Below are positions 18,796-27,824 of a stretch of DNA of 28,252 bases, in pieces. Under the pieces are notes generated by a model that saw nothing but the letters and a program-made list of their open reading frames with translations, was not told the DNA's origin and made no database searches. The position numbers and the translations under genes are program-made. The number at the start of each line of letters is the position of its first letter. Positions within the stretch are counted from its first letter, which is position 1. The DNA is from an uncultured virus (IMG/VR IMGVR_UViG_3300037067_017589) (lineage: Duplodnaviria > Heunggongvirae > Uroviricota > Caudoviricetes), in IMG/VR virus record IMGVR_UViG_3300037067_017589. The stretch is one strand, 5' to 3'.

Positions 18796-20037
18796 ATGAA
18801 TTACGATATTGGAATTATTGGTGCTGGCGTCTCTGGAGTTTTCGCAGCTTTACGTTTAGCTGAAAAACATAAACATTTAAAAGTAGTTGTTTTTGAATTT
18901 GGACCTCCTCCTCCTAATTGTTTAAGAGAAGATCCTGTACGTATTAAACGTCGTAGAAGACAACTAGAAGGATGGCTTGGATGTTTTCCTACAGGTGATG
19001 GAAAAATTTATTTAGAAGAAGATACTAATAAAGTATTGGAAATTGTAGATGGTAGAAAAATTCGTTCTGTTAAAAGTTGGTTTGAATCTCAACTAGCAGA
19101 AATATCTACTCAAAAAATAGTTAAAAATAAATTACCAAATCCTCAAGTTATAAAAAATATAGAAAATGGTGGTTTTAATTTTAAATTACATACTTTTGAA
19201 CAGTGGATGCCAGATCAAATTCATCATCTAGCTAAAAATTTAGCTGATAAAATAGAAGAAGCTGGAAATGTTCATCTTTGTTTTGATACTGAAGTTTATA
19301 GTTTTATGAAAGATAAAAAAAACTTTTCTATATATACTTCTCAAGGTGATTTTAAATGTAAACGTGTTATTTTAAGCGTAGGTAGAAGTGGTTGGAGATG
19401 GATAAATGATAGTTATAAGAAACTAGGTATTTTACAATATAATAATACTGTAAAATATGGTATACGAGTAGAAATGCCATCATTAGCCTTAAAAGATTTT
19501 CAAAAATCTCATTGTTCATTTTTAAAACCAGATCTTGAAGTAGGACCAATTAGTTGGATGGGTTCTGTTATTCAAGAAGATCATGATGATATGACAATAG
19601 CATCATTCAGATCTAATGAAGATAGATGGAAAACTGATAAAGTATTTTTCTCTATAAAAAGAAATATTCAGATTGATAAAGATCCATGTTCTTATTTAGA
19701 TCGTATTGCCAAATTATCACATTTACTTTCTGGAGATAGAGTTGGTAGAGAAAAAATAAAAACATTTATTCAAGGTTTTGGAGATTTAACGCAAATGCCA
19801 GAATATAATTGGATATTATCTACATTGCGTGAATTAGAATCTATTTTCCCTAATTTAATTAATAGAGGATATTTTCATATTCCTGATATTGATACAAATG
19901 TTAATACTATTAATATAGCTAATAATTTAGAAACTGAAATTGATGGATTGTTTGTAACTGGAGAATGCACTGGTATAAAAGGAATTGCGGCTGCTGGTAT
20001 TACCGGAGCTGCTGCTGCAGAAGGAGTTGCAAAATGA
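18796..20037 (+). CDS. FAD-dependent oxidoreductase (COG2509-like dehydrogenase family)
   Basis: Rossmann motif YDIGIIGAGVSG, GDGKI, LSVGRSG.RW, YGIRVEMP, C-terminal LETEIDGLFVTGE..G..GI.AA...G. Confidence 0.8.
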   Translation: MNYDIGIIGAGVSGVFAALRLAEKHKHLKVVVFEFGPPPPNCLREDPVRIKRRRRQLEGWLGCFPTGDGKIYLEEDTNKVLEIVDGRKIRSVKSWFESQLAEISTQKIVKNKLPNPQVIKNIENGGFNFKLHTFEQWMPDQIHHLAKNLADKIEEAGNVHLCFDTEVYSFMKDKKNFSIYTSQGDFKCKRVILSVGRSGWRWINDSYKKLGILQYNNTVKYGIRVEMPSLALKDFQKSHCSFLKPDLEVGPISWMGSVIQEDHDDMTIASFRSNEDRWKTDKVFFSIKRNIQIDKDPCSYLDRIAKLSHLLSGDRVGREKIKTFIQGFGDLTQMPEYNWILSTLRELESIFPNLINRGYFHIPDIDTNVNTINIANNLETEIDGLFVTGECTGIKGIAAAGITGAAAAEGVAK

Positions 20038-20384
20038 AAACACATTCATATGATAAATATTCAATAGAAAATGATCAATTTTTTTATGATGAAGGATATT
20101 CTAAAAACACCAGTATTCTGAAACAAGAATCTGAATTGTTTAATGAAGATGATTATGTTCCAGGAAAATTAATTAGAGTAAAAAGAATTTCCAAATCTGA
20201 TTCTGAAGATTGGCAAATTTTGGTAAATAATACCAAAACACTACTTATTACAGGGAATAGATTTTCATCTATAGAAAAAGAGTTCTTAAGAACTCCTGCT
20301 GGTGTTTTATTTATTATTAATGGTGTTAAACAAGGGTGGAAATCAGTATCTGATTTTAAAAGACAAATTAAAGATTTAATATGA
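20034..20384 (+). CDS. Hypothetical protein, 116 aa
   Basis: ATGA overlap with the upstream stop places the start at 20034 (MKTHSYDKY). The listed 19965 start is an out-of-frame overlap with the oxidoreductase. Confidence 0.7.
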   Translation: MKTHSYDKYSIENDQFFYDEGYSKNTSILKQESELFNEDDYVPGKLIRVKRISKSDSEDWQILVNNTKTLLITGNRFSSIEKEFLRTPAGVLFIINGVKQGWKSVSDFKRQIKDLI

Positions 20385-20533
20385 TTATTTTTCAAGGAAC
20401 TAAAAAAATAGGATTACAATCATTTATGATTTTTACCAATGAATTTGGAAGTGTAATTCAAATTCCCGTTGATGAAAATATTAAATCAATGTTTTTACAT
20501 CATTTTAATAGATTATCTCCATCTGTTCAGTAA
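20381..20533 (+). CDS. Small hypothetical protein, 50 aa (MIIFQGTKKIGLQSFMIFTNEFGSVIQIPVDENIKSMFLHHFNRLSPSVQ)
   Basis: ATGA start/stop overlap with the upstream gene. Below the ORF-track length cutoff. Confidence 0.55.
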   Translation: MIIFQGTKKIGLQSFMIFTNEFGSVIQIPVDENIKSMFLHHFNRLSPSVQ

Positions 20534-20647
20534 AATATAAATTAATATTTTGAAAAAGTAATTTTTCATTTGCATAGTTTGTTAAAGTATGCCATAACCA
20601 AGGTTTGTTGCTACAACAATAAACAGGATGAAAATCATTGACTCAAT

Positions 20648-20695
20648 TTAACCTAATGTGCAAGAAGCCCTTACCTTTAGGTAAGGGTAGTTCAC
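20648..20695 (+). mobile_element. 48-bp IS605-derived mini-element with perfect hairpin
   Basis: TTAACCTAATGTGCAAGAAG-CCCTTACCT-TT-AGGTAAGGG-TAGTTCAC. Perfect 9-bp inverted repeat at 20668-20687. The 5' part matches the tnpB left end; the 3' end is a right-end-type TTCAC. Confidence 0.8.
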
Positions 20696-20747
20696 ATGAG
20701 AATTAAAAATAGCAAATTCTTTGGTAAATTAATTTGGAGAAATAATA

Positions 20748-21392
20748 ATGAGTTATGTTAAATATGTATGTGACTGTGAGACAACTGGACTTAATCCAGA
20801 TAAACATGATATTATTGAATTATGTTTTTGGCGTTTAGGAGAACCTGAAAGTAAAACTTGGTGGCTAATTCCATTAGCTCCTGAAAACATTGAAGAAGAA
20901 GCTTTAAGAATAAACAAACACTTAAAAGAAGATATTTTACATAAAACAAAGGAAGGTAGAGAAAAATATCGTTCACCTTCTGAGGTTTTACCAGAAATAG
21001 AAATGTGGATCATGGAAGATGGTGCTGCAGCAGAAGAACGAGTATTCATTGGACAAAACCCAGATTTTGATTATAATTTTTTATTAGCTCTATGGAGAAA
21101 ACTTGGTCATGAGGATGATTTTCCATTTGGATATTGGATTGATGGGAAAGATGGTCGAAGAAATCAAGGGTTTATTATTGATACAATGCAATTAGCAAGA
21201 ATCATTGATCTTTGTACTGGTAAAAAAAGACCAAGATATGGTCTTGGTGCTTTAGTAAAAGATTTTAGCATTATTAAAGCAAAAGCACATAGAGCTGATG
21301 GTGATGTGAAAATGACCAAAGATCTATTTGAAAAGATTTTAGAAGTTCTTGAAGAACCTTTACGTGTTGCTTTTGAAAATAGTTATAAATAA
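20748..21392 (+). CDS. DEDDh 3'-5' exonuclease (DNA polymerase III epsilon-like)
   Basis: GGAG RBS; ExoI DCETTGL, ExoII GQNPDFDYNFL, ExoIII HRADGD. Confidence 0.9.
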   Translation: MSYVKYVCDCETTGLNPDKHDIIELCFWRLGEPESKTWWLIPLAPENIEEEALRINKHLKEDILHKTKEGREKYRSPSEVLPEIEMWIMEDGAAAEERVFIGQNPDFDYNFLLALWRKLGHEDDFPFGYWIDGKDGRRNQGFIIDTMQLARIIDLCTGKKRPRYGLGALVKDFSIIKAKAHRADGDVKMTKDLFEKILEVLEEPLRVAFENSYK

Positions 21393-21427
21393 TATTGTTA
21401 GGTTAAATATATAAGGTTTAGATAATT

Positions 21428-22138
21428 ATGGTTTACGGGAAATATGAAGGTTTTTGTTTTGATGCTGTGAAAGATGATAGAATATTTGAAAATTTCAAAA
21501 CAAATTTAATATATAATGAAATTTTAGAACATGTACCAAAAAACGAAGGACTTACTTATTATAGTAATATTCCAGATGCTAATAATTTTATAGGATTATT
21601 TCCAAATGATTCTATTGGTAATCCTAATAAAACTCAATATGGAAAATATTTTCTAAGCCCAACTACTTTAAGATATATTAAAATTCTTTGCGATATAAAA
21701 AAACGTTTTAGAACAATTGATAATCTTAATATTTGTGAAATTGGTATTGGATATGGTGGACAGTTTTTGGCATTAGATACTATTTTTAGTATTAAACATT
21801 ATGTATTTATAGATTTGCCAGGTGCATGTGCATTAACTGAAAAGTATTTGTCAAAATTCACTACTAAATGTCCATATTCTTTTAAATCTAAAATAGAAGA
21901 ATCTGAATATGATTTAGTAATATCAAATTTTGCCTTTACTGAATTTCCAAAACAATTGCAAGAAGAATATTTAATTAAAATAGTATCAAAAGCTAAACGA
22001 GGATTTTTAATATTAAATATGGAGCAAGGGTTCACATATAAAGAATTATTGGAAAGAATTCCTGGTAGTACAATTATATGGGATGGTCTTAATTGGGGAC
22101 ATGTAATTCATAAAGTTTGGACTTGGAATAATGTTTGA
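21428..22138 (+). CDS. SAM-dependent methyltransferase, putative sugar O-methyltransferase family
   Basis: ICEIGIGYGG (motif I), YVFIDLP, YDLVISNFAFTE, plus IGNP and SPTTLRY motifs seen in this family. Confidence 0.75.
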   Translation: MVYGKYEGFCFDAVKDDRIFENFKTNLIYNEILEHVPKNEGLTYYSNIPDANNFIGLFPNDSIGNPNKTQYGKYFLSPTTLRYIKILCDIKKRFRTIDNLNICEIGIGYGGQFLALDTIFSIKHYVFIDLPGACALTEKYLSKFTTKCPYSFKSKIEESEYDLVISNFAFTEFPKQLQEEYLIKIVSKAKRGFLILNMEQGFTYKELLERIPGSTIIWDGLNWGHVIHKVWTWNNV

Positions 22139-22445
22139 TATTACTAAAATTAGTAAAGTATGGAAATATGTAGTTAACCGTAGCAAAACTCCATACGATG
22201 TTTATATTGGAAGACCTTCAAAATGGGGATGTCCATTTGTATTTGAAGATGGTACATTAGGAAAGTTTCGTGTCGAAAATCGTTCAGAAGCAATTCTAAA
22301 GTATGAAGAATGGGTACGTTCTCAACCAGAATTAATAAAAGATATTAAACGAGAATTAAATAATAAAATTCTTGGTTGTTTTTGTTCACCAAAACTTTGT
22401 CATGGACATGTTTTGGCATGGATAGCAAATATAGAAGGTAAATAA
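22131..22445 (+). CDS. DUF4326 domain protein
   Basis: VVN.....YDVYIGRPSKWG.PF ... EL..KILGCFC.PK.CHG.VL. Confidence 0.85.
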   Translation: MFDITKISKVWKYVVNRSKTPYDVYIGRPSKWGCPFVFEDGTLGKFRVENRSEAILKYEEWVRSQPELIKDIKRELNNKILGCFCSPKLCHGHVLAWIANIEGK

Positions 22446-22447
22446 TA

Positions 22448-23308
22448 ATGAAAATATTAATTGGTGCCAATAATTGTTTAGGATCTAATATTATGGCATC
22501 AAGGATTATTAATCATCTTTCTTCTATTCATGAAATTAGAATAGCTGCTTATTATAAAAATCATCAATATCTCAAATCTATTGATTGGTGTTTAGATGCT
22601 TTATACCAACCAAAATTTAGAAGTTTAAATTATTTTAAAGAAAAATTTGGTGTTTTTGGTCCTAATATAAATCATAATTTAGCAGATTTAATTATTAATA
22701 ATTTATCAGAATGGAATCCTAATTTAGTTATAAGTGATTGTGAATTTTTTACAGCAATGGTTGCTAAAGTATTAGAAGTACCATTGTATTATTGTAGTCC
22801 ATTACTACAAATTGTTGGAATACATCATGTTCAAAAAGAATTAGATTATAATTTATTTGGTAATTTTAGAAAATATTTTAATTTATTACCCATTGCAGAT
22901 TTTTATTTGATTTATTCTCCACTATGTGATATATCTTGTAGACCAGTGCTTAAAGATGGTTTTGAATGGATTAGACCTTATTATAATAAACCAAATATAA
23001 TAACAGAAAATAATTTTGAATTAGATTTATATAAAAAATGTATATCAAATTCTCTAATAACAACTGGAGAAACTAGTTTTATATCAGATTGTTTATATTC
23101 TGGAAAACAATTTTTTGTTAGTCCTAATCCTTTAGAATTAGAACAAATATTAAATGGACATTTGAGTCAATGGTATGGAGTGGCTCGTAATATTGGAAGA
23201 TCTAATAATATAGATTTTATAAAAAAAGAAGTAGATAAGAAAAAAATATTTATTGAATTAAATATTAAAAAAACTTTTAAAACTTTAGATGAAAGGTTAA
23301 TTACATGA
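22448..23308 (+). CDS. GT-B fold glycosyltransferase-like protein (MJ1255/VC2487-like), divergent
   Basis: MKILIG start, PNLVISDCEFFTAMVAKVLEVP, and C-terminal LITTGETSFISDCLYSGK....P...EQ.LN nucleotide-sugar-binding pattern. The canonical N-terminal GH motif is not evident. Confidence 0.6.
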   Translation: MKILIGANNCLGSNIMASRIINHLSSIHEIRIAAYYKNHQYLKSIDWCLDALYQPKFRSLNYFKEKFGVFGPNINHNLADLIINNLSEWNPNLVISDCEFFTAMVAKVLEVPLYYCSPLLQIVGIHHVQKELDYNLFGNFRKYFNLLPIADFYLIYSPLCDISCRPVLKDGFEWIRPYYNKPNIITENNFELDLYKKCISNSLITTGETSFISDCLYSGKQFFVSPNPLELEQILNGHLSQWYGVARNIGRSNNIDFIKKEVDKKKIFIELNIKKTFKTLDERLIT

Positions 23309-23907
23309 TAAAAAAAGTTGCGTTTGATATAGGAAATGTTATTTGTCATGTTGATTTAGAAAAATTTAATAATTTTTTAGTAGATAAAAAATTATTTATA
23401 AATAAAGAAGCTGCAAGTAATTTTATAGAAGGAATTCAAATCGGTATGGATCTTGGTATGTATGGAATTAAGCAAAGTTTTAATAATTTTTTCCCAAATA
23501 TTAGCAAAGAAGATCTAGATCAAATATATTATGTTTGGATGAATATTATTTCAATTTCAAATGAAATTTCAGATTTTATAAAAGAATTATCTGGTAATGG
23601 ATGGGAAATAGCATTATTATCAAATATAGGTTTTGATCATTCTTTTTATTTTAATGAAATATTCAATTTTGAATATATAAAACATTTTTCTTATGAAATT
23701 GGAGCTAGAAAACCTTCAAAATTATTTTATCAAAGTTTTTTTATTGAAAATTATTGGACAAAAGATGTTTTATTTTTTGATGATAGACAAGAAAATGTAA
23801 ATGCTTCTACAAAATATTTTAATGGTACTTTATTTAATTTAAATAATTATAGTAGTGATAAAGATGCTGTGTTATTTCTTAAATCAAAATTAGAATTGTT
23901 GTATTAA
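23305..23907 (+). CDS. HAD-superfamily hydrolase (YihX-like phosphatase)
   Basis: Motif I FDIGNV, motif II LLSN, motif III RKP, motif IV FFDDRQENV; ATGA overlap with upstream gene. Confidence 0.85.
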   Translation: MIKKVAFDIGNVICHVDLEKFNNFLVDKKLFINKEAASNFIEGIQIGMDLGMYGIKQSFNNFFPNISKEDLDQIYYVWMNIISISNEISDFIKELSGNGWEIALLSNIGFDHSFYFNEIFNFEYIKHFSYEIGARKPSKLFYQSFFIENYWTKDVLFFDDRQENVNASTKYFNGTLFNLNNYSSDKDAVLFLKSKLELLY

Positions 23908-23939
23908 TAGAATATTATTAGATTTTATGGAGTTAATAT

Positions 23940-24137
23940 ATGATCTTTAAAAAACATTTATCAATTGAAGAAACTTTAGAATATATTGCATTTGCAGTTT
24001 GGCATAAAGATTTATCAGAAAATTTTGAAGGTGAAATTACATGTGATATGAATTATGATGGATCTATAGAAGTTTATACTTCTTGTGAAGATAAAGATAA
24101 AGATAAAGATAAAGATAAAGATAAAGAATTAAACTAG
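23940..24137 (+). CDS. Small acidic hypothetical protein with (DK)6 tail
   Basis: GGAG RBS; 65 aa. Confidence 0.65.
   Translation: MIFKKHLSIEETLEYIAFAVWHKDLSENFEGEITCDMNYDGSIEVYTSCEDKDKDKDKDKDKELN
24090..24125 (+). repeat. (GATAAA)6 microsatellite
   Basis: Six perfect in-frame copies encoding DKDKDKDKDKDK. Confidence 0.95.
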
Positions 24138-24162
24138 TAAAAGAAAGAAAGAGAGAGAAAAA

Positions 24163-24420
24163 ATGGCTACAGCATATGTTTTCGAAGAAATTGATTTGGG
24201 AAATGATTTAAGTTTTTATGTGGACGGGAATAGTAAAATTACTGCCGGTAATGGAACTTATAATGAACCAAAACCAAATGCTTTAAGTTTACCTCATATT
24301 TCCACCTGTCCAGGTTCTACAAAACAATGTAGAGAAAATTGCTACGTTTTTGGTTTAAAAAAGTACGCTCCAGAAGTGTATGAAAAATATTGTCAAAACG
24401 AAAGAGTTATTAATGTGTAA
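24163..24420 (+). CDS. N-terminal half of a phage gp88-like protein (frameshifted relative to its C-terminal half)
   Basis: GNSKI...SLP...TCPG.T..C...CY motif of gp88-like proteins. The family's FRWHVSGD/YTRS half continues in the +1 frame. Confidence 0.7.
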   Translation: MATAYVFEEIDLGNDLSFYVDGNSKITAGNGTYNEPKPNALSLPHISTCPGSTKQCRENCYVFGLKKYAPEVYEKYCQNERVINV

Positions 24421-25546
24421 TATTAATGGTAAACAATTTGAAACTTATTTAGAATCTATTAAAATTTTTGGTAAATGGATATCAGATAATTGTAAACATG
24501 GTTTTAGATGGCATGTTTCTGGCGATGTAATGAGTATTGAATATTCTAAGTTTATTGTAGATGTTTGTAATGTATCACAAAATGTGAATCATTGGATTTA
24601 TACAAGATCATTGCCAATTATACATATTTTAAATAATGCTAAAAATCTTACTGTTAATATTTCCGCAGATGCTGAGAATTATATATATGCAAAACAAATT
24701 GTTGAATCGAATGGTAATCGTATTTGCTATATGACTAGTGATGGTAGTTTGCCAGAAGATTTACCGGAAGGTTCTGTAATTTTTCCAGATTACAAATTGC
24801 GTGGTAGAGATATGGAAAACCCAACAGATCATTTTTGGTGGCAAGGGCTTTCTACAGAATATCGTAAGATGGTGTGTCCAGGAGACTTTTTTGGACAATC
24901 TGAAAAACATCGTTGTGGTGTTTGTAATAAATGTTTGTATAAAAAAATAATATTAAAAATAATATTAAAATATAGAAATAAAATGAATAAAATAAAAAAA
25001 GTATATCTTGCTGGTCCTGATGTTTTTAAATCAAATGTAAAAGAAATTAAAGATTATAAACTTTATGTTCTTAAAGATTATGGTTTTGAAGGAATTTTTC
25101 CAATTGATAATGATGAAAAAGATTTAGATTTTTCAACAAAATATAATCTTGGGAAAACAATTTTTAAATCAAATGCTGAAAAAATTAATTGCTGTGATAT
25201 TGTTTTAGCAAATTTAGAGCCTTTTAGAGGGCCAAGCGCTGATGTTGGTACTGTTTGGGAATGTGCATATGGAAAAGGTTTAGGAAAAATAATTTGTGGT
25301 TATAATTGTGATTATAGAGTTGATTATAAAGATCGAATTATTAATAACCGTTTAATTCCACATGATGGAATGTTAATAGAAGATTTTGATGTTTGGGATA
25401 ATATAATGATAGTTCATAGTTTAGATAAATTATGTATTTGTAAAACTTTTGAAATGGTAGTTCAAATTTTAAAATCGTTTATTTATGAGAATCGTTTATT
25501 TATGAGAATCGTGGCGAGAAAATCCAATAGTACTGAGCTATTTTGA
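24380..25546 (+). CDS. C-terminal half of gp88-like protein in frame with a nucleoside 2-deoxyribosyltransferase (likely own start at ATG 24983)
   Basis: FRWHVSGD, WIYTRS, CP...C..C..C in the first part. From 24983: VYLAGPDVF, CDIVLANL.PFRG.S.DVGT.WE..Y..GLGK, N.MI, typical of the NDT family. Confidence 0.8.
   Translation: MKNIVKTKELLMCNINGKQFETYLESIKIFGKWISDNCKHGFRWHVSGDVMSIEYSKFIVDVCNVSQNVNHWIYTRSLPIIHILNNAKNLTVNISADAENYIYAKQIVESNGNRICYMTSDGSLPEDLPEGSVIFPDYKLRGRDMENPTDHFWWQGLSTEYRKMVCPGDFFGQSEKHRCGVCNKCLYKKIILKIILKYRNKMNKIKKVYLAGPDVFKSNVKEIKDYKLYVLKDYGFEGIFPIDNDEKDLDFSTKYNLGKTIFKSNAEKINCCDIVLANLEPFRGPSADVGTVWECAYGKGLGKIICGYNCDYRVDYKDRIINNRLIPHDGMLIEDFDVWDNIMIVHSLDKLCICKTFEMVVQILKSFIYENRLFMRIVARKSNSTELF
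25473..25512 (+). repeat. 17-bp tandem duplication (AATCGTTTATTTATGAG x2 plus AATCGT)
   Basis: Exact copies at 25473-25489 and 25490-25506. Confidence 0.9.
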
Positions 25547-25573
25547 TAGAATAATATTTTCTGGTAAAAATAT

Positions 25574-26233
25574 ATGAAATATTCAAAACAAAATTGGTTA
25601 GAAAAATTATTAAATTGGAAAGTTCCCTATGCTCTTCCAAGTAATATATTTGATGGAAAGTTTAATAATACAAAAGAATATTATTGGGAAAATTGGAATG
25701 AAGAAATGAAATATAAATTTCCAGTTAAATACTTTATATTTGAAACATTACCGGATTATATAAGTTATTATTATAATATAATTAATCAATGGTTTTATAA
25801 AATTAAATCATTATATTTTAAGAAACGTCATTTGCTTGATATTCGACCAAATAATAAAATTAATTATAAATATGGCTATTGCGATCCATGTGAACAAATC
25901 CTTTATGCAAATATGGCTATTCTTTGTAATTTTATAGAAAAAGAATATGATTCTATTTATTCAATTAAAAAAGAAATTGACATTTGTAAAAAAGAAAATC
26001 ATGATAGAGGTAGCAAGATTGAAAAAGCTTTAGAAATATATAATTGGTGGATGAATTATACTATTACGTATAATTCAGATAAATTATATAACAATCTTTA
26101 TAATGAACAATCTTTTTATAATGAACAAAATGAAAATCTTAAAAAATTAGTTGAATTTGAAAAAGAACGTGATAATGAAATAAAAAACAAATTAAAAGAA
26201 TTAATTGATATTCGAGAGTTTCTTTGGACGTGA
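25574..26233 (+). CDS. Hypothetical protein, 219 aa
   Basis: ORF ending LKELIDIREFLWT, a style of C-terminus seen in phage hypothetical proteins. No function assigned. Confidence 0.7.
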   Translation: MKYSKQNWLEKLLNWKVPYALPSNIFDGKFNNTKEYYWENWNEEMKYKFPVKYFIFETLPDYISYYYNIINQWFYKIKSLYFKKRHLLDIRPNNKINYKYGYCDPCEQILYANMAILCNFIEKEYDSIYSIKKEIDICKKENHDRGSKIEKALEIYNWWMNYTITYNSDKLYNNLYNEQSFYNEQNENLKKLVEFEKERDNEIKNKLKELIDIREFLWT

Positions 26234-26356
26234 TTTTACCAAAAAAAAAGTATATAAATAAGAATTGTGATAATTATATTTTCATAAATATTAATATTTT
26301 TAACAACAATTTATCACTCCCTAAAGAAAAGATTTCTTGTTGAAAAAGGTTAAAAA

Positions 26357-27319
26357 ATGTTACTAAATGATATAGGTTTTATAGAAATGATTGAAGATAG
26401 GGTTACTGGAATTTCTAGTGGACGAATATCTTATTGTGAATGGATAATTACATCTAAATGTAATTTTAATTGTCCTTATTGCAATCGTTTACAAGATAAA
26501 GATTTATCATTTAAAAAGATTGAAGAGTATGTAAGTTTTCTTAAAGACTTACAATGCAAGTATGTGCATTTAACTGGAGGAGAGCCTACTGCAAGAAAAG
26601 ATCTTATTGATATTGTTAAACTTCTAAAATTAAATAATATTCGTGTTGGATTATCAACAAATGGTTCACGTAATTTAGAATATTATAAACAATTATTTGA
26701 AGCTGGTGTTGAATTATTTTCAATATCATTAGATGTTCATACAAAAGATCTTAATAAAAAATTTACTATGGTTGAAAATGTTTTTGATATTGTTGTAAAT
26801 AATATTCGTGAATTATCTAAATTAACATATGTAGGCGTTGGTATTGTATTTAATGATGATAATATTTATTCTTATAAGGAAATTTTACGATTTATTTCTA
26901 ATCTTGGCGTAACTGATATTAGGATTATGACAGTTGCAAAATATAATAAAATATTAAAATTTGAAGTTGATCAAGATCTTTTAGATAAACATAAGTTATT
27001 AAAGTTTAGGATAGAAAATTTTAATTCTGGATTAAACATGAGAGGATCTGATCTTAGTGATACATCAAAATGTCATTTAATAAAAGATGATTTAACAATA
27101 TTTGGTGAGGATTATTATCCATGTGCAGTATATGTCAGAGAAAAAGGGAAGCCGATTGGTAAGTTTAATGGTAATAATACAATAGAAAGATATAAATGGT
27201 TTGAAAATCACGATGCTCACAAAGATCCAATATGCAAGAAATTTTGTATGGATTTTAAATGTAGATTTAATAGTAAAGTAGAAAAACTTTTTAAACAAAA
27301 GGCAATAGATGACAATTGA
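26357..27319 (+). CDS. Radical SAM protein with C-terminal Cys-containing (SPASM/twitch-like) region
   Basis: CNFNCPYC (CX3CX2C), LTGGEP, STNG, ISLD; C-terminal CHL...YPC...DPICKKFC...C. Confidence 0.9.
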   Translation: MLLNDIGFIEMIEDRVTGISSGRISYCEWIITSKCNFNCPYCNRLQDKDLSFKKIEEYVSFLKDLQCKYVHLTGGEPTARKDLIDIVKLLKLNNIRVGLSTNGSRNLEYYKQLFEAGVELFSISLDVHTKDLNKKFTMVENVFDIVVNNIRELSKLTYVGVGIVFNDDNIYSYKEILRFISNLGVTDIRIMTVAKYNKILKFEVDQDLLDKHKLLKFRIENFNSGLNMRGSDLSDTSKCHLIKDDLTIFGEDYYPCAVYVREKGKPIGKFNGNNTIERYKWFENHDAHKDPICKKFCMDFKCRFNSKVEKLFKQKAIDDN

Positions 27320-27791
27320 TATTCTTAGTGTTAAAATAGATATTCAATATATTCGAGAACATGTTGATGAAATTGATTGGGATTATGCTTGTTCGGTATG
27401 TGTTTTTTCTGAAGATATTCTTAGAGAATTTAAAAATAAACTTAATTGGATAGGAGTATCCTATCATCAAAAGTTAAGTGAAAAATTTATACGAGATTTT
27501 CAAAATAAAGTTGATTGGGATAATATTAGTTTTTGTCAAGTTTTAAGTGAAGAATTTATACGAGAATTTCAAAACAAAGTTAGTTGGAGTAATATTTCTA
27601 GTAAACAAAATTTAAGCGAAGAATTTATAAAAGAATTTAAAGATAAGGTAAATTGGGTAGATATATCTACACATCAAAAACTTTGTAAGGATTTTGTAAT
27701 GGAATTTAGAAAGAAGGTTAATTTGGAATGTATTATTAAATATCAAAATTTCAATAATGTATTTATCATAGAATTAAAAAATAGATTGTAG
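27309..27791 (+). CDS. Tryptophan-repeat family protein (22-aa repeats)
   Basis: About 5-6 repeats of LSE.FI.EF..KV.W..IS..Q. Confidence 0.85.
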   Translation: MTIDILSVKIDIQYIREHVDEIDWDYACSVCVFSEDILREFKNKLNWIGVSYHQKLSEKFIRDFQNKVDWDNISFCQVLSEEFIREFQNKVSWSNISSKQNLSEEFIKEFKDKVNWVDISTHQKLCKDFVMEFRKKVNLECIIKYQNFNNVFIIELKNRL

Positions 27792-27824
27792 AGTAAATAA
27801 AATTTAGATAATATTATTATAATT

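Noticed and set aside
20500..20640. ~45-codon open stretch on the minus strand next to the mini-element
   Set aside because: No start codon or RBS and no recognisable motif; cannot be supported.
20648..20720. Stand-alone TnpB guide (omegaRNA) locus
   Set aside because: The element is only 48 bp, far shorter than known omegaRNA scaffolds, and no upstream scaffold similarity between copies is visible.
56..27298. Short minus-strand and nested alternative-frame ORFs in the ORF track
   Set aside because: All lie inside longer genes with recognisable motifs and have shadow-like composition.
27380..27740. Diversity-generating retroelement template/variable repeats
   Set aside because: The 66-bp periodic similarity is explained by in-frame Trp-repeat protein units; no reverse transcriptase in the window.
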